This document shows, one piece after another, positions 8,211-16,952 of a stretch of 57,783 nt of DNA. The stretch's first letter is position 1; each line of letters opens with the position of its first letter. The position numbers and the translations under genes were made by a program. The stretch covers positions 1 through 57,783 of the IMG/VR virus record IMGVR_UViG_3300043681_000015; one strand, 5' to 3'. The DNA is from a virus (taxonomy: Duplodnaviria; Caudoviricetes). Below the pieces are notes generated by a model. The model saw nothing but the letters and a program-made list of their open reading frames with translations, did no database searches and had not been told where the DNA came from.

Positions 8211-9337
8211 ACGGCCCCCTGCTGGTGGCGCACCCCGGAAGTGACTGGAGCACCGGCGACCTGTTCACCGGCCTCGTTCCCGCCCTGAAGCGGTTGGGCG
8301 TGCCCGTGGTGGAGTTCCCCCTGAACGCGACGCTCCAGCTCTCCCACGGCTACCTCGACCTCCTGTACCGCAAGCAGAAGAAGTACGGTGGCCCGCTGGC
8401 GGAGACGCGCCCTAACTCGGGGGATGTCCTCTACCACGCGAGCGCCCAGGCCATCGAGCGCGCCCTGTTCTTCGGGTGCGAGTGGGTGCTGTTGATGACG
8501 GGGATGTACTTCTCCCTGCGCGTCCTCAAGATGCTGCGCCGGGCCGGGCTCAAGGTGGCCGTCCTGCTGACGGAGAGCCCCTACGACACCAGCAGCGAGT
8601 TCGCCTTCGCCGCCGAGGCCGACCTCTGCTGGACGACGGAGCGCACCGCCGTCGCCCCGCTGCGGCTGGCCTGCCCCCGGACGGAGTACCTCTCCCACGC
8701 CTACGACCCGGAGAAGCACCGGCCGGACGCGCCGCTCCCGGAGGACGAGGCGGACATCCCCGCCCACGACGTGGTGTTCGTCGGCTCCGGGTTCCAGGAG
8801 CGCGTCGACCTCCTCGGCGCCATCGACTGGGACGGCATCGACTTCGGCCTCTACGGCGCGTGGCGGGGCGTCGGCCCCCGCCACCGACTGCGGCAGCACC
8901 TCAAGGGGCAGGAGGTGGACAACGCGGTGGCCGCCGCCCTGTACCGGAAGGCGCGCATCGGACTCAACCTGTTCCGCTCGAGCGTGGGCCACGCCGGCAA
9001 GCACGCGGCGCGGATGCACGGGGCGGAGAGCCTGAACCCCCGGCTGCTGGAGCTGGCCGCCTGCGGGGCGTTCACCGTCTCCGAGTGGCGGCCCGAGGTG
9101 GGCGAGGTGTTCGGCGGGAGCGTCCCCACGTTCCGGGACGCCGAGGGGTTGCAGTCCCTCCTGCGGGAGTGGCTGCCCCGGGAGGCGGACCGCTACCGGA
9201 GGGCGCAGTCCCTCCCCGGGCGGGTGGAGGGGCGCACCTTCGACGGGATGGCCCGGACGGTGGTGCGCGACCTGGTAAAGGCGGACGCGGACGGGGAGCC
9301 GTGGGCGCCGCTGGAGGAGCGGCTCGGTGTCGCCTGA
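8207..9337 (+). CDS. CgeB-like GT-B glycosyltransferase
   Basis: HAYDPEKHRP, DVVFVGS, YRKARIGLN, NPRLLELAACGAF. Confidence 0.82.
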   Translation: MNGPLLVAHPGSDWSTGDLFTGLVPALKRLGVPVVEFPLNATLQLSHGYLDLLYRKQKKYGGPLAETRPNSGDVLYHASAQAIERALFFGCEWVLLMTGMYFSLRVLKMLRRAGLKVAVLLTESPYDTSSEFAFAAEADLCWTTERTAVAPLRLACPRTEYLSHAYDPEKHRPDAPLPEDEADIPAHDVVFVGSGFQERVDLLGAIDWDGIDFGLYGAWRGVGPRHRLRQHLKGQEVDNAVAAALYRKARIGLNLFRSSVGHAGKHAARMHGAESLNPRLLELAACGAFTVSEWRPEVGEVFGGSVPTFRDAEGLQSLLREWLPREADRYRRAQSLPGRVEGRTFDGMARTVVRDLVKADADGEPWAPLEERLGVA

Positions 9338-9452
9338 GGACCGCCGGCTGCACGAGGGGATCATCCGGGGCCTCATCCAGATGATCCGCGCGTGGCAGGA
9401 CTGGCTCAAAGCGAAGACGCCGGTCGGCGGACAGCAGCAGGACCAGAAGTAG
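9327..9452 (+). CDS. Small hypothetical protein (41 aa, not in ORF track), possible regulator
   Basis: RBS GGAGGAG at 9313-9319, GTG start; VSPEDRRLHEGIIRGLIQMIRAWQDWLKAKTPVGGQQQDQK (amphipathic helix). Confidence 0.6.
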   Translation: MSPEDRRLHEGIIRGLIQMIRAWQDWLKAKTPVGGQQQDQK

Positions 9453-9453
9453 T

Positions 9454-9560
9454 CGCTACAATGATGTTAGAAACCAACACCTCAGGCACGCACCCGGCCG
9501 CACCCCTGCTGCGGTCCCGCCGGGTAAACGCCTCCCTGAGCACCTCACGCACGAGGAGCG
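9454..9560 (+). promoter_or_regulatory. Promoter (-10 TACAAT) and structured leader upstream of the tail tube gene
   Basis: CGCTACAAT at 9454-9462; nested stems CTCAGG/CCTGAG, ACCCGGC/GCCGGGT and CCGCA/TGCGG. Confidence 0.5.
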
Positions 9561-9566
9561 CAGGGA

Positions 9567-9965
9567 ATGGCCGTTTACCACGGGAAGGTCGGGCTGGTCT
9601 ACATCTCGACCACGGGCACAGGCACCGCGTCCAGCGTCATCTCGCAGACCGCGTGGACGCTGGACCTCTCGACCGACCTGGTCGAGACCACCGCCTTCGG
9701 GGACACGAATAAGACCTACGTCCAGGGGTTGAGGAACATCCAGGGCACCCTCTCGGGGTTCTGGAACGATCTGGAGTCCAAGCTCTTCACGGGGTCGACG
9801 TCCTCAGACGGCGTGAAGGTCTACCTCTACCCCGCCTCCACCGCCCTCACCAAGTACGCCTACGGCCCTGCATGGCTAAGCGTCACGATGGAGACGGGTG
9901 TGGCGGACGCGGTGCAGGTCAACGCCTCGTTCTCGGCCAACGGTTCGTGGGGCGTCAACTTCTAA
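9567..9965 (+). CDS. Major tail tube protein
   Basis: ETTAFGDTNKTYVQGLR..GTLSGFW motif of siphovirus tail tubes; lies upstream of chaperone and TMP. Confidence 0.85.
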   Translation: MAVYHGKVGLVYISTTGTGTASSVISQTAWTLDLSTDLVETTAFGDTNKTYVQGLRNIQGTLSGFWNDLESKLFTGSTSSDGVKVYLYPASTALTKYAYGPAWLSVTMETGVADAVQVNASFSANGSWGVNF

Positions 9966-10002
9966 CGGGGCGTGGGGCTGAACCTCTCGAGGGGCACCCC
10001 TG

Positions 10003-10296
10003 ATGGCGTTCGCCATGACGGGCAAGACGGGCGCCCTCCGCGTCGGCGGGCGCCCGGCCCTGACCCTCGACACCTGGCGGCTGGCGACCCGCGATCCGGC
10101 GGACGGCGGCGGCTGGCGGCTCGAGGGCCACGCCTCGGCCAAGGACGACTACTGGCTGGAGCGGTCGACGGAGTACGACCTCCGCCTGGAGCTGACCCGC
10201 ACGGTCTGGCGCTGGCGGGGCGTCCCCGCCGCCGCCCTCCTGGTCGACGGGGACGCCGTCACCATCACGCACGAGGGGGAGCCCGAGGATGCCTAA
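10003..10296 (+). CDS. Hypothetical tail-region protein
   Basis: 97-aa ORF overlapping the start of the chaperone gene. Confidence 0.55.
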   Translation: MAFAMTGKTGALRVGGRPALTLDTWRLATRDPADGGGWRLEGHASAKDDYWLERSTEYDLRLELTRTVWRWRGVPAAALLVDGDAVTITHEGEPEDA

Positions 10297-10681
10297 CTAT
10301 TTCGTGAAGCCCGCCATCACCCGCCTGGACCTGGGCGAGGGGCAGTGGGTGGAGATCAAGGAGCAGATCACCTACGGGGAGTCGCAGCGGCTCTCCGGGG
10401 CCATGCTCCGCACCGTGAAGACGGCCGCCGGGGACAACGAGGTGGGCGTGGACTTCGCCCGCTACGCCGTGCTGAAGCTCCAGACCTGGCTGGTGGACTG
10501 GTCGCTGCGGGACGACGCGGACAAGCCGGTGCCGGTCTCGCCGGCCGCCATCGAGAACCTGACGCCGGAGGGGGCGGAGGCCATCAACGACGCCATCGAC
10601 GCCTACGTCGCGGAGCGGAACGCGGGAAAAGCGACCCCGCCCTCGAACGGGAGCGCGAAGAGCGCCGTGGCGCCCTCCTAG
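10289..10681 (+). CDS. Tail assembly chaperone (lambda gpG-like)
   Basis: Between tube and TMP; LVDWSL.D...PV motif; in-frame slippery site G GGA AAA. Confidence 0.8.
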   Translation: MPNYFVKPAITRLDLGEGQWVEIKEQITYGESQRLSGAMLRTVKTAAGDNEVGVDFARYAVLKLQTWLVDWSLRDDADKPVPVSPAAIENLTPEGAEAINDAIDAYVAERNAGKATPPSNGSAKSAVAPS

Positions 10682-10836
10682 TCTGCTTGCGAACGGGGTG
10701 GACGTGGGACGACCTGGAGCGCACACCGCAGGACGTGGTGGACGATCTCGTGGCGCTGCTCGTGGAGCAGTCCCGCGAGGCGTCGCAGGCCGCCGCCCAG
10801 CAGCAGGCCGTCCGGCCTTCCCGGCGCCGCCGGTGA
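10624..10836 (+). CDS. -1 frameshift extension of the tail chaperone (gpGT-like C-terminus)
   Basis: GGGAAAA at 10624-10630 is in X XXY YYZ register. The -1 frame is open to 10836 (..LVCLRTGWTWDDLERTPQDVVDDLVALL..). Confidence 0.75.
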   Translation, partial: GKSDPALEREREERRGALLVCLRTGWTWDDLERTPQDVVDDLVALLVEQSREASQAAAQQQAVRPSRRRR

Positions 10837-10837
10837 C

Positions 10838-10942
10838 CTACGGAACGAACACGGGACGCTGCACGCTGATGTACAGCGCCGCCGCCCCCAGCGCGATCAC
10901 GATGACCCAGACGAGCGCCCACGACCACGACCAGTTCTTCAT
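10838..10942 (-). CDS. Small antisense membrane protein (34 aa)
   Basis: MKNWSWSWALVWVIVIALGAAALYISVQRPVFVP fills the gap between chaperone and TMP. Confidence 0.45.
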   Translation of the reverse strand: MKNWSWSWALVWVIVIALGAAALYISVQRPVFVP

Positions 10943-10997
10943 CACGGTTGCCAGTCTAGCGGTATCGGCCCCCGTGCGGGTAGAGGGACGGTTGTAG

Positions 10998-13900
10998 ATG
11001 GCGACCGCGGCCGAGCTGGCGATCGTCCTCAAGGCCAAAGACGAGGCGTCGGCGGTCTTGAAGAAGGTCTCTGCCGAGACGGCCGCGCTCGGCAAGTCCG
11101 GGGATACCGCGAACAAGGGTCTCTCCAGTCTGGCCTCCGGCTTCAAGGGCGCGGTGGCCGCCGCCGCCGGGATCGCCGTTGCGGTGGGCGGGGTGACGGC
11201 CCTCACCAGCGCGGTGGGCAACGCCGTGGGCTCGGCCATCGACTTCGAGAAGTCCATGTCGGGCATCAAGGCCGTGTCCGGCGCCACCGGCCAGCAGATG
11301 CAGCAACTCTCCACGCTGGCCCTCGACCTCGGCAAGGCGACCTCGTTCTCTGCGCAGGAGGCCGCGGGCGGCATCGAGGAGCTGGTCAAGGGGGGCGTCT
11401 CCATCGGGGACATCTTCGGCGGGGCGGCCTCCTCCGCCCTCGACCTGGCCGCGGCCGGCGGGGTGTCCGTGGGCGAGGCGGCCACCATCGCGGCCAACGC
11501 GATGAACCAGTTCAACCTCAAGGGCGCGGACATGTCGCACGTCGCCGACCTCGTGGCCGGCGCCGCCAACGCCTCCAGCATCTCCGTCTCCGACTTCAAC
11601 CAGTCCCTCGCCGCCGGGGGCGCCGTCGCCGCCCTGGCCGGGCAGTCCATCGACTCCTTCGCCACCGCCGTCGCCGTCATGGGCGCGCAGGGCATCAAGG
11701 GGTCGGACGCGGGCACGTCCCTCAAGGCCGCCATCAACAACCTCATCCCCACGACCGACATCGCCAAGAACAAGATGAAGGAACTGGGGATCATCACGGC
11801 CACGGGCGCCAACCAGTTCATCGACTCCTCCGGCAAGATGAAGGACTTCGGGCAGATCGCCGAGGTGCTCCAGACCCAGACCGCCGGCCTCACCGAGTCG
11901 CAGCGCCTCCTCGCCCTCGAACTGATCTTCGGCTCGGACGGGATGCGGGCCGCGGGCGTCCTGGCGAAGCAGGGGGGCGAGGGCTTCGACGCGATGGCCG
12001 CCTCCATGTCCGCCGCGGGGAGCGCGGCGGACATCGCCCGGGAGCGGCTGAACAACGCGGCCGGGGACATCGAGCAGCTCAAGGGGTCGCTGGAGACGGC
12101 GGCCATCACGGTCGGCTCGCTCTTCCTGCCCGCCATCCGCAGCATCGCGCAGGGGGCCACCGCGGCCGTGAACACGGCGGTGGACGAGTTCAACACCCTG
12201 CGGACCACGACGGAGAACATCGCCGGGGCGCACGGCCTCGGCCTCATCCCCGCCGCGCTGACGGCTATCGAGATCCGGATCGGGGAGGTGTTCGGGGCGG
12301 GCGCGCAGTCCGCCTTCCATAACACCCGCCAGGCGGCGGAGGATCTGGGCGCGGCCTTCGACACCACGAAGCAATCGGCCACCGTGTTCGCGGACATCAT
12401 GGGCGCCCGGCTCGCCCCCGCCATCGAGGGTGTCCGGAGCGCCGCGCAGGGCGCGGCCCCGGTGGTGGCGGCGCTGGGCGACGCCTTCGGCGCGACCGGC
12501 GCCGTGGTCGAGCCGCTGACCCGGCAGTACGCGGACTTCCTGGTGCAGCAGAACCTGGTCAGTGCCAAGACGAAGGAACTCTCCGGGCAGCAGCAGCAGG
12601 CCGCCGCCATCACCGACGCCCTCTGGGCCATCTACGAGAACAGCCCCATCGGGAAGGTGCAGACCGCCTTCGGGGAGCTGAGCGCGGCCGTGAAGCAGGC
12701 GCAGCAGGCCACGGCCGAGGCGGCCACGGGCGCCGACGCGGCGTGGCAGGCGTTCATCGCCGGGGCCGGCGCCGTGCGCGACCAGGTGGTGGCGAAGCTG
12801 GGCGAACTCACCGCCTTCATCGCGACCCTGCCGGGGCAATTCGCGGAGGGCGGCGCCGCCGCCGGGGTGGCCCTCGTCACCGGGATCGTGACCAACCTCA
12901 ACCCGGCGGCGCTGGTGGCGGCCTGTATCGGCATGGTCGGGCAGGCCACCGCGGCCGCGCAGGCCACCGCGGCCGCGCAGGCCACCGCCATCGGGAGCGC
13001 CATCGTCAGCGGGATGGTCGCCGGCATCCAGGGGGGCATCGGCTCCGTCCGCGCCGCCGCCGCCAACCTGGCCGCGAGCGCGTTGGCCTCCGCCCGCGCC
13101 GCGCTGGGCGTCGCCTCCCCCTCGAAGGAGTTCGAGGCGATCGGCGAGGACGTCGACCAGGGCTTCATCGACGGCGTCGAGGGCATGACCCCCGAGGTCG
13201 AGGCCGCCGTCGCCGACCTGATGACGGGCGCGGGCGAGGTGGCCGTGCAATCGGCGGAGGACGCCTTCGCCGGGCTGGCCGACGTGCTCGGTGCCCAGTA
13301 CGAGAAGCAGTACACCATCGTGGAGGAGGCCGAGAACAAGCTAGCCGGGCTGCGGATCGAGGCGCAGAAGCAGGGCCAGCGGAGCATCGAGCTGGAGGAG
13401 ATCAAGTTCCAGCGCCGGCTCGCCGACCTCCAGGAGAGCCGGGCCGGGATGACGGTCAAGCAGCAGCAGGCGCTCAACACGAGGATCCAGCAGCTCCAGG
13501 AGGACCACGGGCGGAAGCTCGAGGATCTGGCGCAGGCGACCGCCGACAAGCTGGTGGAGCTGGAGTACGACAACTCGGACGCCCTCGCGGCCGCCATGCA
13601 GAAGCAGGCGCTGGTCCGGGGCGAGGCGCTGCGCGACCTCCAGCGGGGCGTGGAGGACGTCAACCGCAACCTCAACGACGGGCTGGCCGCCAATGCCCGC
13701 AAGGCGGGGCAGGCCGTCTCCGACGCCATGCGGGACGCGGCGGACTCGATCCTCGAGGTGCGGGACCGGACGGCGTCGGCCATCGCCGACCTCCAGGCGA
13801 ACCAGACCCTCAGCCGCAGTGACCGCAGCCGGCGGGACGTGTTCGGGCAGGGGCAGGACACCGAGCGCGAGGCGCGCGAGCGGGCGCAGGAGGAGGCCGA

Positions 13901-14933
13901 CCTCCTCTACGAGTACCAGCGCGACCTCCGCCGGGCGGACACGGACGACGAGAGGGCCGCCGTCAACGAGCGGTTCGCCGAGGCCAAGGCGGACCTGGCC
14001 CGGCGCCGGAAGATCGCCGACGACAACGACGCCTTCCGCAAGAAGCAGGCGGCCGACCTCCAGCAGTTCAACGACATGCTGGAAGACGAGGGGCTCCAGC
14101 GCCAGATCAAGCGGCTCCAGGACGAGCGGGACACCCGCATCAAGGAGATCGGCGTCGCCCTGGACGAGAAGATCGCCAAGGTGCGGCAGAACGAGCGGGA
14201 GGAGAACGAGGCCCTCCGCAAGTCCGCCGACGAGAAGATGGCCGACCTCAAGGAGCGGTTCTACGACAAGGTCGGGCCGCTCAACGCGGAGCAGAAGGCG
14301 CAGTTCGAGGCCACCTTCAGCTCCCTCAAGAAGGGCATCGAGGACTCCACCAAGGCGGCGAACGACCTCGTGGACGCGCTGAGCAAGGCGGCGAACGTCA
14401 AGATCAGCGCGCCGTCCGGCGCCACCTGGGCCAACCAGACCCAGGCCGTCAAGGACATGTTCACCGGCACCTTCGGCGCCAACGCGCAGTCGCAGTGGGA
14501 GAAGGAGCACGCCGCCGAGGTCGGGAACAGCGGCGGTGGTGGCGGTGGTGGCGGGGGGGGAGGCCAGACCAGCGACGTCCACGCCGCCGGGTTCGACTGG
14601 GGCGCCTACAACGCCCAGAACCAGGGGAAGCCCCGGAACCCGGACGGCACCGTCAAGAACGCGATGGGCGGCGCGGTCCGAGCGGGCTGGCCCTACACCA
14701 TCGGCGAGCACGGCCCCGAGCTGTTCGTGCCGGGCGCGGACGGGTACGTGATGGCCCACGGCGCCGCCTCGCTGGCCGCGGCGGGGGCCTCCGCCGGTGC
14801 CCCGTCCGGCGGCGCCTACGAAGACTGCACCATCCTGCTGGAGCTGAACCTCGACGGCGAGAAGCTGGGCCGGGCGCAGTGGCGCTACCTCAAGGGGCTG
14901 GGCATCGTCGGCACGGACCTCGGCTTCGGGTAA
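10998..14933 (+). CDS. Tape measure protein (TP901-type core)
   Basis: 1311 aa, Ala/Gly-rich. Motifs FEKSMSGIKAVSGAT, TSFSAQEAA, GIKGSDAGTSL and LGVASPSK; C-terminal GGAV..IGEHGPELFVP. Confidence 0.95.
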   Translation: MATAAELAIVLKAKDEASAVLKKVSAETAALGKSGDTANKGLSSLASGFKGAVAAAAGIAVAVGGVTALTSAVGNAVGSAIDFEKSMSGIKAVSGATGQQMQQLSTLALDLGKATSFSAQEAAGGIEELVKGGVSIGDIFGGAASSALDLAAAGGVSVGEAATIAANAMNQFNLKGADMSHVADLVAGAANASSISVSDFNQSLAAGGAVAALAGQSIDSFATAVAVMGAQGIKGSDAGTSLKAAINNLIPTTDIAKNKMKELGIITATGANQFIDSSGKMKDFGQIAEVLQTQTAGLTESQRLLALELIFGSDGMRAAGVLAKQGGEGFDAMAASMSAAGSAADIARERLNNAAGDIEQLKGSLETAAITVGSLFLPAIRSIAQGATAAVNTAVDEFNTLRTTTENIAGAHGLGLIPAALTAIEIRIGEVFGAGAQSAFHNTRQAAEDLGAAFDTTKQSATVFADIMGARLAPAIEGVRSAAQGAAPVVAALGDAFGATGAVVEPLTRQYADFLVQQNLVSAKTKELSGQQQQAAAITDALWAIYENSPIGKVQTAFGELSAAVKQAQQATAEAATGADAAWQAFIAGAGAVRDQVVAKLGELTAFIATLPGQFAEGGAAAGVALVTGIVTNLNPAALVAACIGMVGQATAAAQATAAAQATAIGSAIVSGMVAGIQGGIGSVRAAAANLAASALASARAALGVASPSKEFEAIGEDVDQGFIDGVEGMTPEVEAAVADLMTGAGEVAVQSAEDAFAGLADVLGAQYEKQYTIVEEAENKLAGLRIEAQKQGQRSIELEEIKFQRRLADLQESRAGMTVKQQQALNTRIQQLQEDHGRKLEDLAQATADKLVELEYDNSDALAAAMQKQALVRGEALRDLQRGVEDVNRNLNDGLAANARKAGQAVSDAMRDAADSILEVRDRTASAIADLQANQTLSRSDRSRRDVFGQGQDTEREARERAQEEADLLYEYQRDLRRADTDDERAAVNERFAEAKADLARRRKIADDNDAFRKKQAADLQQFNDMLEDEGLQRQIKRLQDERDTRIKEIGVALDEKIAKVRQNEREENEALRKSADEKMADLKERFYDKVGPLNAEQKAQFEATFSSLKKGIEDSTKAANDLVDALSKAANVKISAPSGATWANQTQAVKDMFTGTFGANAQSQWEKEHAAEVGNSGGGGGGGGGGGQTSDVHAAGFDWGAYNAQNQGKPRNPDGTVKNAMGGAVRAGWPYTIGEHGPELFVPGADGYVMAHGAASLAAAGASAGAPSGGAYEDCTILLELNLDGEKLGRAQWRYLKGLGIVGTDLGFG

Positions 14934-14939
14934 TCCGCT

Positions 14940-16895
14940 ATGGGCGTCATCTTCCTCGACTCTTTTACGAGCGTCATCTCCGCGTCCTGGACCAAGACGG
15001 ACACGGAGGGCAAGACCTCCGTCGTCGCCCAGCGGGCGCTGTTCAACGGCGGGAAGGCGTCGCCCGCGTGGGACGACCCCCGGCTGACCTACGGCCCCCT
15101 CACCCGCTCGAGCCTGGGCGCCTTCACCGCGCTCCTCCGGCTGACCAACAACAGCGACGACGGCCCCCGCGTGTCGCTCTCCCCCAGCAGCAGCAACTCG
15201 TCCGCGGCGGGCTCCTCGCACGTCACCTACGACTACCCCGACCACCTCGGGGCGTGGACGGCGAACCGCCTCCGGGGCCGGGCCATCGACTACCTGTACG
15301 TCGTGGTGCCCCGCCCCTCCGGCGGCTTCTGGCGCTTCATCTCCGGCGGGGAGTTCGGCAACTTCCCCACGGCGACCCTCGTCGGCATCTCGGACACCGA
15401 GACCGACGCCACCCTCTACGCCCACATCGCCAACCGGAACTCGGTGTTCTACGTCGACAACGCCGCGGTGCTGGACACCGGCAGCCTCCCGGCGGCCCTC
15501 GCCACCCGCTACGGCCCGAGCCTGGGCGCCGACGACTTCGGCAGCGGGTCGTCCCTCTCCGGGCGGAACACGCCCTTCGGGACGAAGGCGTGGACGGTGG
15601 TGAGCGGCACGGCGGGCATCTCCGGCGGGAACGCCACGCTCTCCTCCGGGTCGTGCGCGCAGTTCAACGCGGGCGCCGTCCCCCGGGTGATCGAGGGCTA
15701 CCTCACCCGCTCGGACAGCGGCTCCCGGGCGATGCTGTACTTCCGGGGGAACAACACCGACGCCGGCTCCTGGCGCGTGAAGGCCGAGTTCGACCGGGTC
15801 AGCGTCCACAACGCGAGCGGGCTGGTGGACCAGACGGGGGCGATCGCCTTCACGGAGGACGTCGCCTACCACGTCCGGGTGGTGGACTACCTCACCTACC
15901 TCGAGGTGTTCGTCAACGGCACCCGCTACTTGCAGATCACGAACAGCACGGGCAACACGAACACCCGCGTGGGGGTCGGCTGCGAGAACGGGACGGGCCT
16001 CTGCGCGGAGGTGGCCTGCTACCCCGCCACCGTCACCCTGAACAGCGACTTCGGCCCCTACACCGCCGTCCCGCAGGGGCAGGCGGGCGCCCTGTTCTCC
16101 AACACCTTCACCGGCTCCAACGGGGTCGCCCTGTCCACGCACGACTCCGCGTGGACGGCGCACACCGGCACCTGGGTCATCAACACGAACCGCATCCGCA
16201 TGAGCACCGCCGGGGTCAACGGCATCGCCTCCCGCTCGACGGGCAGCGCCGGGGTGGCCCACGAGATCAAAGCGGACATCCTCCTGCCCAGCACGACCCC
16301 GGTCTACCCCATCGACTGGTTCCCGGCCGTGTTCGCCCGCTACACGGACGTCGACAACTTCATCATGGCCCGCTTCCTCTACCAGGACACCTCCAACGAG
16401 GTGGAGCTGTGGCAGCACGTCGGCGGGACGGGCACGCTCATCGGCTACACCAACCTGGGCGTCTCCCAGCTCGCCCCCTCGTCCACCCACAACCTGGCCC
16501 TGGCCGTCTCCGGCGCGGAGGCGGCGGCGTACATGGACGGGCTGCTGGTGGTGCAGGCGACCACCACCGTGCTCACCGGCTCCCGGGCGGGCATCGGCGT
16601 GGACGACAACCTGCCGAACGGGCAGCCGTCCTGGGACAACGTCGAGATCCGGGCGGCCGTGCTCATCGCCGGGCCGGTCATCTCCGGCACGGCCGTGACC
16701 GGCATCGGCACCACGACGGCGACCGTGACCTGTACCACGGACGTCCCCTCCACGGTTCGGGTCAACTACGGCACGACCACCGCCTACGGCTCCGCCACCG
16801 CCTTCACCGCGCTGGGCACGACGCACGTGATGCCGCTCTCCGGGCTGACGGCCAACACCCTCTACCACTACCAAGTGGAAGCCCAGAGCCCATAA
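14940..16895 (+). CDS. Tail tip/adsorption protein with repeated ConA/lectin-like beta domains and a C-terminal FnIII domain
   Basis: Directly after TMP; beta-rich Thr/Gly/Ser repeats (DDFGSG / NTFTGSNG..W); FnIII signature VNYGTTTAYG..LSGLTANTLYHYQV. Confidence 0.65.
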   Translation: MGVIFLDSFTSVISASWTKTDTEGKTSVVAQRALFNGGKASPAWDDPRLTYGPLTRSSLGAFTALLRLTNNSDDGPRVSLSPSSSNSSAAGSSHVTYDYPDHLGAWTANRLRGRAIDYLYVVVPRPSGGFWRFISGGEFGNFPTATLVGISDTETDATLYAHIANRNSVFYVDNAAVLDTGSLPAALATRYGPSLGADDFGSGSSLSGRNTPFGTKAWTVVSGTAGISGGNATLSSGSCAQFNAGAVPRVIEGYLTRSDSGSRAMLYFRGNNTDAGSWRVKAEFDRVSVHNASGLVDQTGAIAFTEDVAYHVRVVDYLTYLEVFVNGTRYLQITNSTGNTNTRVGVGCENGTGLCAEVACYPATVTLNSDFGPYTAVPQGQAGALFSNTFTGSNGVALSTHDSAWTAHTGTWVINTNRIRMSTAGVNGIASRSTGSAGVAHEIKADILLPSTTPVYPIDWFPAVFARYTDVDNFIMARFLYQDTSNEVELWQHVGGTGTLIGYTNLGVSQLAPSSTHNLALAVSGAEAAAYMDGLLVVQATTTVLTGSRAGIGVDDNLPNGQPSWDNVEIRAAVLIAGPVISGTAVTGIGTTTATVTCTTDVPSTVRVNYGTTTAYGSATAFTALGTTHVMPLSGLTANTLYHYQVEAQSP

Positions 16896-16952
16896 GGGAG
16901 AAGGGCTATCCCGACCACGCTCTCAGGGGACGCGACCTTCACGACCGGCTCG

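Noticed and set aside
1712-9337. Glycan cluster as DNA hypermodification or Gtr-type serotype conversion
   Set aside because: No hydroxymethylase, TET/JBP or modified-nucleotide genes and no GtrA/B or polytopic membrane GT; the cluster sits in the structural operon. Disfavoured but not excluded.
14531-14563. GGC/GGT-rich run as a regulatory repeat
   Set aside because: It encodes a poly-Gly linker in the tape measure C-terminus.
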